A stretch of 64,000 nucleotides of DNA from Candidatus Calditenuis fumarioli (GCA_030059665.1 JANVYR010000001.1:448001-512000), one strand, 5' to 3'. Positions 1-9,338 are shown, numbered from the stretch's first letter. The notes: generated from the sequence alone by a model not told the origin. Numbers and translations are program-made.

Positions 1-2
1 TC

Positions 3-677
3 AACCGCTCCCTCACCGCGGTCAGCGCCAGCATCACTCGGCTGAGCAAGAAGTACTCCGAGCTGGAGCTGAAGGGGAAGGAGCTGTTCGATCGGTGCGT
101 CGAGGCCCTCTCGTCCGGTGACGAGGAGCACGCCAGGATCTACGCCGACGAGATCATCGCGTTGAGGAGGCTCGCGAAGATCATCATGAGCAAGCTGATA
201 CTGCTGGAGCAGGTCAAGGTCCGGCTTGAGACCGTGATGGAGCTGACGGAGGTGCTGGGCCTCCTCTCGTCCCTGAGGGGGGTGGTTCAGGTCGTCGCGA
301 GGGAGCTCAGCTCGGTTACCCCTGAGGTCTCGGTGGCTCTGAACCAGCTCTCCGAGGACCTCGAGTCGCTGGTCACCACTACGTCCGCCGCGGTCCCCTC
401 GCCCGCGCCCCAGCAGATGACGCTCGACGGCGAGGCGGAGGAGGTGCTGGAGATGGCCAAAAAGCTCGCGGCGGAGAGGGTGAGGATGTCGTTCCCGGAG
501 GTTCCGGTGATGTCCGACAGGGAGAGGGCCGTTTACGAGCTGGTGACCTCTGCAGGTGACTCCCAGGCGCTGGACATAGAGGAGCTCTCGAAGGTCCTCG
601 GTCTCAGCGTTGAGGAGGTCGAGGAGGTCCTGGAATCTCTTGCGAACAAGGGGTTGATCGAGGTCTCCTATGCGTGA
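3..677 (+). CDS. cdvB: ESCRT-III (Snf7/CdvB-like) cell division protein with C-terminal winged helix; 5' end truncated by window edge
   Basis: Frame is open from base 3 (NRSLTAVSASITRLSKKYSELELKGKELFDRCVEAL...EHARIYADEI...LEQVKVRLET), typical of the Snf7 helical core. It has a MIM2-like FPEVP (492-506) and a terminal wH (ERAVYELV...DIEELSKVLGLSVEEVEEVLESLANKGLIEV). Adjacent to Vps4. Confidence 0.8.
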   Translation, partial: NRSLTAVSASITRLSKKYSELELKGKELFDRCVEALSSGDEEHARIYADEIIALRRLAKIIMSKLILLEQVKVRLETVMELTEVLGLLSSLRGVVQVVARELSSVTPEVSVALNQLSEDLESLVTTTSAAVPSPAPQQMTLDGEAEEVLEMAKKLAAERVRMSFPEVPVMSDRERAVYELVTSAGDSQALDIEELSKVLGLSVEEVEEVLESLANKGLIEVSYA

Positions 678-680
678 ACG

Positions 681-1796
681 TCAGGGCGCGCCGAATCGGG
701 CGTTCCACTCCTCGAACATCCTCACGCTCTCCCTGCTGATGGAGGGTCTCCTTCTACCCATTGCCCTCCTGATGTCGGCCATCGTTATCTCCGGCGGCTC
801 CTCCAGCCCCTCCTCGAACATCTTCTTCACCGCCTCAAGTTGGGCGTCGAGGCAGACCGAGAAGATGTCGTGCGGCGAGTAGCCCTCCATCTCCTCCGCC
901 AGACGATTGAGGTCCAGGTCCCTCGAGGTCCTCAGCTTCGAGAGGTAGTGCTCCAGGATCCTGCGCCGCTCCTCGAGGCCCGGCGGCGGTATGTAGATCC
1001 GCTTCTGGAACCTCCGTATGAAGGGCTCGTCCAGGAGCCACGGTTTGTTGGTCGCAGCCATCAGGAAGAGGAAGGACCTGTTGAACTTCGTGAGGATTCC
1101 GTCCATCTCCGAGAGGAGCTGGTTCCTCACCCTCGCCTCTCCCCCCACCTCGACCTGGCGGTGGACCGTCAGCCAATCGACCTCGTCGATGAAGACTATC
1201 ACCGGCTTCCCCGACACGGCCTCGCTCCTGGCGGTGCTGAAGACGCGCTGGAGGTTCTTCTCGCTCTCGCCGAGCCACTTGGACATGATCTTCGCAGCAT
1301 CGATCACGTGGAGCTTCGCGTCCGCCTCGTTGGCCGTCGCAGCCACCATCAGCGTCTTCCCGCAACCCGGAGGCCCGAACAGGAGTATCCCGGTCGGCCA
1401 TCCGAGGGGGTAGAGGTCCGGCCTTTTCGAGGGATAGATTATGCTCTGACGGAGGGATTCCTTGACCGACTCGAGCCCGACGACGTCGTCCCAGCGAACC
1501 GGTGGTCTCGAGTCGAGAAACGCCGGCAACGCGTTCGATTTCTCCTTGGCCTCTGGCTCTTCCTGCGTAGCTCGGGCCTCGCCGTCCTCCTGGAGCTCCT
1601 TCAGGCGTCTGGTGTAGGCCGCTATCCGCTCCCTGTAGACCTCCCGGTTGACGGGGCTGTCGCTCAGCTCCACCAGCTTGACCAGGAGACCGATCACCTC
1701 CCTGTACGCCTTTATGGCCTCGGCCTTGGACCCTGCCTTGTCCAGCATGATGGCCCTCCTGGCCTTGCTTGCTGCGAGCCGCTCGAGCTCGTTCAT
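681..1796 (-). CDS. cdvC: Vps4/CdvC AAA+ ATPase (MIT + AAA)
   Basis: N-terminal three-helix MIT-like region (AIMLDKAG..EAIKAY), Walker A GPPGCGKT, Walker B VFIDEVD, SRH AATNKPWLLDEPFIRRF, Vps4-like C-terminal helix. Confidence 0.88.
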   Translation of the reverse strand: MNELERLAASKARRAIMLDKAGSKAEAIKAYREVIGLLVKLVELSDSPVNREVYRERIAAYTRRLKELQEDGEARATQEEPEAKEKSNALPAFLDSRPPVRWDDVVGLESVKESLRQSIIYPSKRPDLYPLGWPTGILLFGPPGCGKTLMVAATANEADAKLHVIDAAKIMSKWLGESEKNLQRVFSTARSEAVSGKPVIVFIDEVDWLTVHRQVEVGGEARVRNQLLSEMDGILTKFNRSFLFLMAATNKPWLLDEPFIRRFQKRIYIPPPGLEERRRILEHYLSKLRTSRDLDLNRLAEEMEGYSPHDIFSVCLDAQLEAVKKMFEEGLEEPPEITMADIRRAMGRRRPSISRESVRMFEEWNARFGAP

Positions 1797-1905
1797 CGGT
1801 CTGGGATCTGAGAGGCCTCAAATGATCAGTGTGTCAACGCAGGCGCGTTCTGTAATGAGCAGGGTATTACCAAGAACCTCGTGAGGGATCACCGCTGCGC
1901 TCTCC

Positions 1906-2301
1906 TCAGGTCTCCTGCTCCTCGAACTGTTTGCCCATGTGGGCGTAGATCGCCAGCTTGAGGACCTTGAGGCTGAGCGTGGCGCACTTGACCCTGACTG
2001 GACTCAGCTGAACTCCGAGCATCTCGATGACGTCGTCCCTCCCCAGCTTCCTCGCGTCCTCCAAGCTCATCCCCTTGATCCGCTCGGTCAGCATCGAAGC
2101 GGATGCCTGGCTGATCGCACACCCCTTTCCCTTGAACCGGACGTCGACGATCCGGTCGCCCTCGATCTTCAGGTGCATCTCCACCACGTCGCCGCAAAGG
2201 GGGTTCGAGTCCTTCGCCCTGACCGTAGCGTCCGGGAGGTCGCCGTAGTTCCTGGGGTTCCTGTAGTGATCGAGGATGATCTCGATCTCCGGTGACGTCA
2301 C
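1906..2301 (-). CDS. iscU: Fe-S cluster scaffold, IscU/NifU/SufU family
   Basis: ILDHYRNPRNYG, NPLCGD, GCAISQASAS and RVKCATL motifs. Confidence 0.9.
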   Translation of the reverse strand: MTSPEIEIILDHYRNPRNYGDLPDATVRAKDSNPLCGDVVEMHLKIEGDRIVDVRFKGKGCAISQASASMLTERIKGMSLEDARKLGRDDVIEMLGVQLSPVRVKCATLSLKVLKLAIYAHMGKQFEEQET

Positions 2302-2365
2302 GTGATCACTGTGACCGGCCCGTCGATAAAGCTGTTTCCCGGGAACGCGGCTGGTTGGGGAAGGC

Positions 2366-3922
2366 TCACCTCTTCGGCGAGACCTCGAGCTCGAGATCGA
2401 ACTGCTGGCAGATCTTGTGGACCCTCCTCTGCAGCTTCTTCACGTAAACCCTCATCTGCTCCGGAGGTATCTCGAGCCTCACCGTGCCACCCGAGACCCT
2501 CAGGTCGTAGCCCTCGATGTACCTCCCTATGACCCGGTCGAGCAGCGCCCTGACCCTGCTGTCGCCGTGGTCCTCGTGCTCCTCGCCCCCCACCGGAACG
2601 ATGAACGTCCTCTCGCCGAAGACGTACATCTCGTACTCGACCTCTCCGGTGAAGAGGTTCCTGACCTGAATCGTGGGCCTCGCGAGGTCGGCCCTCTTCA
2701 TCCCCCTAGGAACCCGTACCGAGACCTCGAGGACGTAGACCTTCGCCACCTCGCCGGCCTTCATGAAGATGACCGTGTCCACGATCGAGGGGACGACGCC
2801 TATGTCGACCCTGTTCGCAATCCGCTGGATCGCGTCTATCGGCGACGTCGCGTGCACCACTCCCACCATCCCTATGCCCGCGAGCCTCAGATCGATGAAG
2901 AGCTGGAAGTCCTCGTCGTCCCTCATCTCGTCGAAGACCGTGTAGTCGGGCCTGCTGAGTAGCAGGACGTCGTGGAGCTCGCCCTCGCCGGATGCGCTCT
3001 TCGAGTACTGCGTGATCTCGTCTGAGAGCATCAGGTCCCTCGGGCTCTCGATCGTCTTGACCACCTTCCCCAGCGACCTGTAGTGCTCGGCCAGCGCCTG
3101 CGCGAAGGTGGACTTGCCCATGCCTGGACCGCCGGCGATGAGGATGCCCTCGGCCCTGCTGACGAGCCTCTCCCTCAACACGTCGGGCAGCTCGTACTCC
3201 TCCAATCTCTTCCTGACGATCGGCCTGACCACGGTCACCTCGAGCCCGTCGCTCAGCGGCGGCCTGGTAACCACGACCCTGTACTCGCCGTACTGGAGGA
3301 TGAGGGTGTTCTCCCTCTGGACCTCTATGAAGGACGTCCGGGAGAGGTCGTCGTGAACCCTCTGGAGGAGGTCCAGGACGAACAGCTCCAGGCTCTCCCT
3401 CCTCACCGGTTCCTCCGAGATCTCGACGAAGCTCCAATTGCCAGGCGTGCCGACCTTCACTCGCGGCCTGACGCCCTCCTTCAGGTGGAGCGACATCACG
3501 TTCCCCGTGAAGATCCTGTCCAGCTCCCACTCGCCCCTGATCCTCACCCTGATCACGTCCGCACCCAACGCCTCGCAGACCTTCTGCGCAAATGGGTCCG
3601 CGGTGAGGACCGAGGCGCCAGTCCTCAGCGCCAGCTCCGCGAGCGCCTCGAACTGGTCGCCAGCTGACTCATCGCCAATGAGCTCCACCGGTATTCCCCT
3701 CTCGGCGCAGATCCTTCTCAGCCTCGCGAGCTCCCGGACCGCTACGTCGTCGCCCCTCCTCAACCGCTCCCTGATGTCCCTCATGATCCTCCGGTGGATG
3801 AGTATCCTTCCGGAGACCCCGCCTGACTCGACGAATTCGGCTGCCGCACCCGTTATCAGGGACAGCTCGTCCACGATTACGTCCGGCACTTCCTCTCTCT
3901 TCGCGTACTTCGTGCGTTGCAT
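2366..3922 (-). CDS. PIN-domain/PilT-type ATPase (PINA family)
   Basis: N-terminal PIN-like region, Walker A GGPGMGKST, LLSRPDYTVFDEMR, GMVGVVHATSPIDAIQR, KH-like tail. Confidence 0.85.
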   Translation of the reverse strand: MQRTKYAKREEVPDVIVDELSLITGAAAEFVESGGVSGRILIHRRIMRDIRERLRRGDDVAVRELARLRRICAERGIPVELIGDESAGDQFEALAELALRTGASVLTADPFAQKVCEALGADVIRVRIRGEWELDRIFTGNVMSLHLKEGVRPRVKVGTPGNWSFVEISEEPVRRESLELFVLDLLQRVHDDLSRTSFIEVQRENTLILQYGEYRVVVTRPPLSDGLEVTVVRPIVRKRLEEYELPDVLRERLVSRAEGILIAGGPGMGKSTFAQALAEHYRSLGKVVKTIESPRDLMLSDEITQYSKSASGEGELHDVLLLSRPDYTVFDEMRDDEDFQLFIDLRLAGIGMVGVVHATSPIDAIQRIANRVDIGVVPSIVDTVIFMKAGEVAKVYVLEVSVRVPRGMKRADLARPTIQVRNLFTGEVEYEMYVFGERTFIVPVGGEEHEDHGDSRVRALLDRVIGRYIEGYDLRVSGGTVRLEIPPEQMRVYVKKLQRRVHKICQQFDLELEVSPKR

Positions 3923-4014
3923 CTATTCAACATGCGCCCGGCAGGGGTTCCCGGCCCCGGTCTGGCCAAGAAGACTTATAGGTCAACGCCGAGCAGGTCT
4001 TGTCAGGATTGGCC

Positions 4015-4128
4015 ATGATTTCGGTCGCGTCGGTCGACAACGAGTGTCCCCGTTGCCATGCGGACCTCCCCGAGAAGGCACACCGGTGCCCGAGGTGCGG
4101 GCTCTGCGTCACCTGCTCAAGCCAGTGA
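4015..4128 (+). CDS. 37-aa Cys-rich zinc-finger microprotein (MISVASVDNECPRCHADLPEKAHRCPRCGLCVTCSSQ); not in ORF track
   Basis: ATG at 4015, TGA at 4126-4128. Two CPRC knuckles plus CxxC; TATA-like TTATA at 3976-3980. Confidence 0.7.
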   Translation: MISVASVDNECPRCHADLPEKAHRCPRCGLCVTCSSQ

Positions 4129-4833
4129 GACCGGCAGGTCGTCCGAGAGGAGCACGACCGCTCCGTCCCTCCTCAGCCCTATGCTGACCGCCCTGACCTC
4201 AACTCCCCTCTCAGCGGACCTCCTCAGAAGCCCAGCCAGCTCCGGGTCGCACGGCTCGCATGGTCTGAAGCGCCTGCACAATGGATGTGCCGCGACGAAC
4301 GCGACGATCGACCGCACGCCTTTCGCCGCGAGCCGCTCCAGCGCCATCAGGTGCCTCCTACCCCTAACGCTGGGTACGTCGGGGTACATGCAGGTGCCAG
4401 AACCGTCGTGGAAGACCGCGGATTTCAGCTCCAAGTATCCCCTCCCGTCGGAGGCCGAGGCGATCTCGTAGTCGAGCCGGACGCCCATGACGCTGACCTC
4501 CCTCCTCGCCAGCTTCCACCCGGAGAGCCAACGTATCAGGTCGGACTCCCAGGCGACCTCGAAGGACCTCGCCTGCAAGTACGGGTCGGTCAGGGCCGCA
4601 TCGCCTTCGGTCACCGCGACGCCAACCAGCACCCCGGAAGTCCTCCTGCGCTCCCAGCCTCTACGCTCGACGTACAGGACCTCCGCACCGGGGACCAGCA
4701 GGTCACCCAATTTCCCCGTGTTCCTGTTGTGCAGCAGGACCTCCCTCCCGGCCGTCGAAACCCTGACCGCGAACCTGTTCACCCTCTCGATGAGGACGCC
4801 GTTCTTCAGCTCGAGCTCGAGGAGTCGTCTCAA
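4117..4833 (-). CDS. sfsA: SfsA family DNA/RNA nuclease
   Basis: RVNRF, HNRNTGKLGDLLVPG, RLDYEI, YLELKSA, YPDVPSVRGRRHL motifs. Start refined to TTG 4833. Confidence 0.88.
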   Translation of the reverse strand: MRRLLELELKNGVLIERVNRFAVRVSTAGREVLLHNRNTGKLGDLLVPGAEVLYVERRGWERRRTSGVLVGVAVTEGDAALTDPYLQARSFEVAWESDLIRWLSGWKLARREVSVMGVRLDYEIASASDGRGYLELKSAVFHDGSGTCMYPDVPSVRGRRHLMALERLAAKGVRSIVAFVAAHPLCRRFRPCEPCDPELAGLLRRSAERGVEVRAVSIGLRRDGAVVLLSDDLPVSLA

Positions 4834-4930
4834 CCCACGTCCCTTACACCTTCGCTGTTGGGCCCGTAAGTATAACGGTGACCGAGGCGCCCTACGCCTC
4901 CCCGCGAAACACCGGGATGACCCTCCGCGG

Positions 4931-5857
4931 TCAGAGGAGCGAGGCCCCAATTAGCAGGTAGAGCGCGTATCCTGCGATCCCAACGACGAGGAGCCTGGCC
5001 GAGTGACGCCGGAGCAGAACGGCGTACAGCGCACCGAACGCGGAGTAGAGCGCAACTGCCCAGAGCTCTTCAGCGGGAACGGCTGATCCCGTTGCGACGA
5101 GACCCAGGCCGATCACGAGCGACGACTGGAGGACGTTCTCTCCGGAGAGGAGCGAGAGCCCCATCGACGCGTTCCCCCTGGCCGTCCAGAGGAAGGCGAC
5201 CAGGACCTCCACCAGGCACGTCGCCAACGGCGATAGCAGAAGCCCGTAGGCCAGCGGGTTGCCGGTGACGACGACGGAGTCGAGGAAGGCATCGGCCGCC
5301 CAGACCATCAGGAGTGAAGAGGAGGCGGTTTGAAGTGCGACCAGCGCCGTGCTCCTGCGACCAGCCAACCTCTTGAGGTATGAGGCCTCGGCTTCCATCA
5401 GCTCCCCCGGCTCCCTCAATATACTGCGTCCCACCAGCACGAAGGCCAGCAAATAGAAGGATCCCAAGGCGAAGAGGAAAGCGGGGCTGCTGAGGAAGGG
5501 AGTCAGGAGCGCAGGCAGCATCAGAACCGAGAACCGGAGATAGGTCCTCGATACCTTCCTCGGGGTTTCTGGGTCCTTCAGGAAGAGCCCGACGATGGGT
5601 GCGCCGATCAGGAGCGTGATCGAGGGCGCTGCCACTACGCTCGTGATACCGACCTCCCGCGCGGCCGCTGCCTCATGGAACGGGCTAACGACGGCTATGA
5701 TCAGCTCAGGTAGCGCCGTTAGAGCTGCTGCGAGGAGCGAACCGGTCGCAAACCTGGTCAGCCCCAACCTCTCGCCGAGTGCCTCGACGCCGTTCACGAA
5801 GGCGAGGGCCGATGCCAGGAGCATCGCTATCGAAGCTCCCAGCTCTGATGGGATCAC
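4931..5857 (-). CDS. Sodium/calcium exchanger family (CaCA, YrbG-like) membrane protein
   Basis: Multi-TM; alpha-repeat-like GSLLAAALTALPELIIAV and a second repeat ATCLVEV...GENV. Confidence 0.7.
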   Translation of the reverse strand: MIPSELGASIAMLLASALAFVNGVEALGERLGLTRFATGSLLAAALTALPELIIAVVSPFHEAAAAREVGITSVVAAPSITLLIGAPIVGLFLKDPETPRKVSRTYLRFSVLMLPALLTPFLSSPAFLFALGSFYLLAFVLVGRSILREPGELMEAEASYLKRLAGRRSTALVALQTASSSLLMVWAADAFLDSVVVTGNPLAYGLLLSPLATCLVEVLVAFLWTARGNASMGLSLLSGENVLQSSLVIGLGLVATGSAVPAEELWAVALYSAFGALYAVLLRRHSARLLVVGIAGYALYLLIGASLL

Positions 5858-5895
5858 GCTGGCATGTTAGCCGCGAAAAATCGTAATAAACCTAT

Positions 5896-6801
5896 TCAGA
5901 CCAGCCAGGCTGCGGTGAAGCCGAGCAGCGAGGTCGCTGCGCTCCAAAGGACCACCCGTGCCACGGACCTCCAGCCCACGAGGTGGGGCGTTAACAGCGG
6001 TAGCAGCGCGGCCGAAGCCAGGACGTAGTGCGAGACGCTCGTCGGCACCGAAAGCAGGAGGAAGATCCACATGGTCAGCGACGACCCAACGGCTGCCGAC
6101 GCGATTCCCTGGGGAGGCATCCGGGCGACCCTCTCAGCGATGAAGTCCCACATGGCCTTGCCGGGTAACAGGACGCCGAGCGTCCAGAAGATTGCCACGA
6201 CCGCGTGCGCCACCGGCCAACCCCACCCGCTCACGAGCGATGCGAGGAAGCCCATGTTGTTCCCCGCGACGGAATAGGTAAGCGCGAAGGAGGCGACGTA
6301 GATCGATGCGCGGTTGATGGCGTCAACGGTCAGGACGTCGAGCCTCCTGAAGAGCTGTTTGACGAGGGCGTAGAGGGAGATCGAGATCGAGGCAGCGATG
6401 AAGGGCCCCGCCACCCAGCCCATCAGCAGGTATGCGACACCCGATGGGTTGATCGGAGCCCCCGACCTCAGGACCCAGCCCATCATCGTCATGACGAGAA
6501 CGTGCGAGTAGCTCACTGGAGTCGAGGTCAGGCTCCCCGCGATGAGCAGCAGGAGTGTTATCAGGAGCACGGTTGTCAGGTCGAGGCGCGATGCCCCCTC
6601 CGAGAAGATGGCCGTGTGGGTGACCCCTCTCCCGCCGATCACGGTTCCCAAGAGACCTCCCAGCAGCACCGCGGCCGCTGACCTCCGCGCGCCCATTCCG
6701 GAGCGGGTGAGGCTGACGATCAGGGAGCCTGTGCTCCACCCGTGCGTGAAGGCCACCGAGGCCGCGAGGACCGCCTCCAGGAGGGTTTGGTCTGAGAACA
6801 T
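5896..6801 (-). CDS. PiT family inorganic phosphate transporter (divergent)
   Basis: Multi-TM; P(V)SxSH motifs (TPVSYSHV, VPTSVSHY), AGNNMG; directly downstream of a DUF47 gene. Confidence 0.7.
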   Translation of the reverse strand: MFSDQTLLEAVLAASVAFTHGWSTGSLIVSLTRSGMGARRSAAAVLLGGLLGTVIGGRGVTHTAIFSEGASRLDLTTVLLITLLLLIAGSLTSTPVSYSHVLVMTMMGWVLRSGAPINPSGVAYLLMGWVAGPFIAASISISLYALVKQLFRRLDVLTVDAINRASIYVASFALTYSVAGNNMGFLASLVSGWGWPVAHAVVAIFWTLGVLLPGKAMWDFIAERVARMPPQGIASAAVGSSLTMWIFLLLSVPTSVSHYVLASAALLPLLTPHLVGWRSVARVVLWSAATSLLGFTAAWLV

Positions 6802-6802
6802 G

Positions 6803-7480
6803 TCAGCCGTAGCTCACCGCGATGACGTTCAGCAGCACGTCGCTCGAGTCCTCGGCCGCGTCGCAGACGCTGTCCAGGAGCAGAACGAACTCCCGCATGA
6901 GCACGAAGTCCGCAGGGTTCATGCTCCCCTTCCTCTCGAAGAGGCCCCTGATGGCGTCGTCCTTGTGCTCGTCCGCCTCCTCCTCCCACTCCTCGACGAC
7001 GTGCAGCTCCTCCAGCGCTATCTTCCTGCCAGCGGCCATGTTCCTCAGCACCGAGAGGAGCGAGTCGATGCACTGGGACTGACAGTGAAGGAGCTTCTGC
7101 AGCGGCTCTGACCTGAGGAGCGGGACGAAGTCGACTCCCGAAACGGCAGCCAGGTAGAGGAGCCTCCCTGCGTCCTTCGAGTAGTCAGCTATCTTGTCCA
7201 TCCTCTCCACGAGCTCGAGGAGCAGCTCTCTGACGTTCGCGAGGAAGCTGCCCCGCGAGATCTCCTCCGACAGCCTCCTCCGCGTGAAGTCGGCCCGCGC
7301 CTCGCGCTCCATCAGCTCCCTGTAGGCCTCCGAGATCTCCGACTCGCGACCTTCGACCAGGCCCTCGATCAGATCCCTCAGCGCCGCAGCTGTTAGGGCC
7401 ACCTCCTGGCCGTAGCTCAGGATTCCGGAGAGGACCTCGTTCTCGCGCCTCGTGAACGATCCCAGCAGCCGCCGGATCAA
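6803..7480 (-). CDS. DUF47 / PhoU-like phosphate transport regulator
   Basis: EREARAD..RR and D.IAD repeated helical motifs; coupled to PiT. Confidence 0.8.
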   Translation of the reverse strand: MIRRLLGSFTRRENEVLSGILSYGQEVALTAAALRDLIEGLVEGRESEISEAYRELMEREARADFTRRRLSEEISRGSFLANVRELLLELVERMDKIADYSKDAGRLLYLAAVSGVDFVPLLRSEPLQKLLHCQSQCIDSLLSVLRNMAAGRKIALEELHVVEEWEEEADEHKDDAIRGLFERKGSMNPADFVLMREFVLLLDSVCDAAEDSSDVLLNVIAVSYG

Positions 7481-7629
7481 CTCCGTCTGTCGGGTGACCT
7501 TGATCGAGTCCGGTTAATAGGCGAGAGTCCGTCAACGGAGGGCTCGTCGACTTGCGGCGGTAAAACTCGGTGAGCTCGTCCCGTGGCGCAGAGCTTAACG
7601 TTTTCAACGGACGCCGAGGGGGTGGTCGC

Positions 7630-8070
7630 GTGCCCAGAAGGCCCAGGGATTTCTTCAGCAGGCGTTACAGGCACCGCATCGGTTACGAGGGAGAGTACTA
7701 CCTGATCCGGAAGCTCAACGACCTGAAAAGGCCCGGTTACTGCGCGGTCAGGACGCCCGGCAGCGGTACCGGAAAGCTGAGCGTGAAGCCGGACATACTC
7801 GCCGTGGACGGAGGCGAGCTCTGCGCGATCGAGGTCAAGTCCACCAACAAGAGGGAGGTCTACATAGGCAGGGAGCAGCTGGAGCGGTTGCTGGCCTTCA
7901 CCTGTCTCTTCGTGGTCCGGTGTCCGTCCTGCGGTCACGAGATACGCCCGAAACCTTTGGTCGCGGTCCGGTTCCTCAACAGGGGCTGGGTCATCCGGGA
8001 GGTGGAGGAAGTAAGGGAGGGAATCACGGTCAGGGCGGAGGAGGTGGGCGATGGTGATCGCTCAGGGTAA
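7630..8070 (+). CDS. Holliday junction resolvase Hjc-like PD-(D/E)XK nuclease
   Basis: G..GE, AVRTPGSG, PDILAV, AIEVKST. Start refined to GTG 7630. Confidence 0.75.
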   Translation: MPRRPRDFFSRRYRHRIGYEGEYYLIRKLNDLKRPGYCAVRTPGSGTGKLSVKPDILAVDGGELCAIEVKSTNKREVYIGREQLERLLAFTCLFVVRCPSCGHEIRPKPLVAVRFLNRGWVIREVEEVREGITVRAEEVGDGDRSG

Positions 8071-8809
8071 GAGGGTCCTGATAGCGGGAGCGACCTCGGA
8101 GATAGGAGCCGAGACGGCCAGGCTGCTCGCGAGGGAGGGCGCCGACCTCATGCTCGTCTCCCGGCGCAGGGAGGTGCTCGAGAGGCTCTCGTCGGAGTGT
8201 GCTGAAGCCGGACGAAAAGTGATCTCGCTGCCGTTGGACCTCACCCACCCCTCTTCCGTCTCGAGGCTGAGGTCGGAGGTCGAAGGGAGGTTCGGGAAAC
8301 TCGACGCGCTGGTCAGCTACGTCGGTTACCCCTTCGATCCCAACCTGTGGTACAGGAGCGTGGAGGAGCTGACGGAGGAGGAGCTCAGAACGGTCTTCGA
8401 GGTGGACTTCTTCGCCAACTTCAGGCTGGTCAGAGCTCTTCTCCCCCTCCTCCGCGGAGGCGTTTTGATCCTCACGTCCTCCACGCCGGCCCTCTCCTGG
8501 TACAGGTACGGTTCGGCCTACTCGATGGCGAAGATCGCGGTTGTGGGTCTGGTCAGGGCGGTCGCAGCGGAGTACCGACGGCTCGGCGTGAGGGCCTACG
8601 CCTTGGCCCTCGGCAACATCAGGACGGGCCCCACCTACGGCGGCATGAGCGAGGAGGAGCGGCGGGCTTTAGCAGAAGAGTCACCGATGGGGAGATGGGG
8701 TGAGCCGGTCGAGGTGGCGCGGGTCGTCCTCGCCCTGATCTCCGACCTCTTCAGCTTCGTCAACGGGCAGGTCATCGTCGTCGACGGCGGCACCTTAATG
8801 CTCGGCTGA
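8051..8809 (+). CDS. Short-chain dehydrogenase/reductase
   Basis: VLIAGATSEIG, YSMAK (YxxxK), PMGRWGEPVEVA, NGQVIVVDGG. Confidence 0.9.
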   Translation: MVIAQGKRVLIAGATSEIGAETARLLAREGADLMLVSRRREVLERLSSECAEAGRKVISLPLDLTHPSSVSRLRSEVEGRFGKLDALVSYVGYPFDPNLWYRSVEELTEEELRTVFEVDFFANFRLVRALLPLLRGGVLILTSSTPALSWYRYGSAYSMAKIAVVGLVRAVAAEYRRLGVRAYALALGNIRTGPTYGGMSEEERRALAEESPMGRWGEPVEVARVVLALISDLFSFVNGQVIVVDGGTLMLG

Positions 8810-8864
8810 GCCAGCCGCAAAGAAACTAAAAACTTGGTCGTCGCGAGGGGTCGGTGGATAGGTC

Positions 8865-9329
8865 TTGATCGAGAAGAAGTCGGCTGGTGCGGTGATCTTC
8901 AACGAGACGCTCGGCGAGCGGTACTACCTGCTACTGCTGTACGACGCAGGTCACTGGGACTTCCCCAAAGGAGGGATAGAGGAGGGCGAGACCGAGCTGG
9001 ACGCCGTGAGGAGGGAGGTCAGGGAGGAGACAGGGATAACGGACCTGAAGCTGATAGAGGGCTTCCGTCAGACGATATCGTACCAGTTCAGGAGTCAGGA
9101 GGGCGAGATCAACAAGACCGTCGTCTTCTACCTCGCCAGCACCTCCACCTTCAAGGTGAGGCTCAGTCATGAGCACAAGGCCTACGCCTGGCTGAAGTAC
9201 GAGGACGCGCTGGAGCAGCTGACCTACGACACGGCCAGGTCCGTGCTGAGGGTCGCCCACAAATTCCTCGAGGGCCTGTCCAGGACAAAGGTCAATGAGG
9301 GGCAGAAGACCAGCACCGCGAAGTGGTGA
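8865..9329 (+). CDS. Nudix hydrolase (Ap4A hydrolase-like)
   Basis: Nudix box WDFPKGGIEEGETELDAVRREVREETG; SHEH motif. Confidence 0.88.
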   Translation: MIEKKSAGAVIFNETLGERYYLLLLYDAGHWDFPKGGIEEGETELDAVRREVREETGITDLKLIEGFRQTISYQFRSQEGEINKTVVFYLASTSTFKVRLSHEHKAYAWLKYEDALEQLTYDTARSVLRVAHKFLEGLSRTKVNEGQKTSTAKW

Positions 9330-9338
9330 GGTGCGGAG

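Noticed and set aside
1800-1900. Intergenic ATGATCA/AATGAGC boxes, and a minus-strand GTGATCCC resembling the CRISPR repeat start
   Set aside because: Only 12/16 identity with no handle, and no proper D box; chance level.
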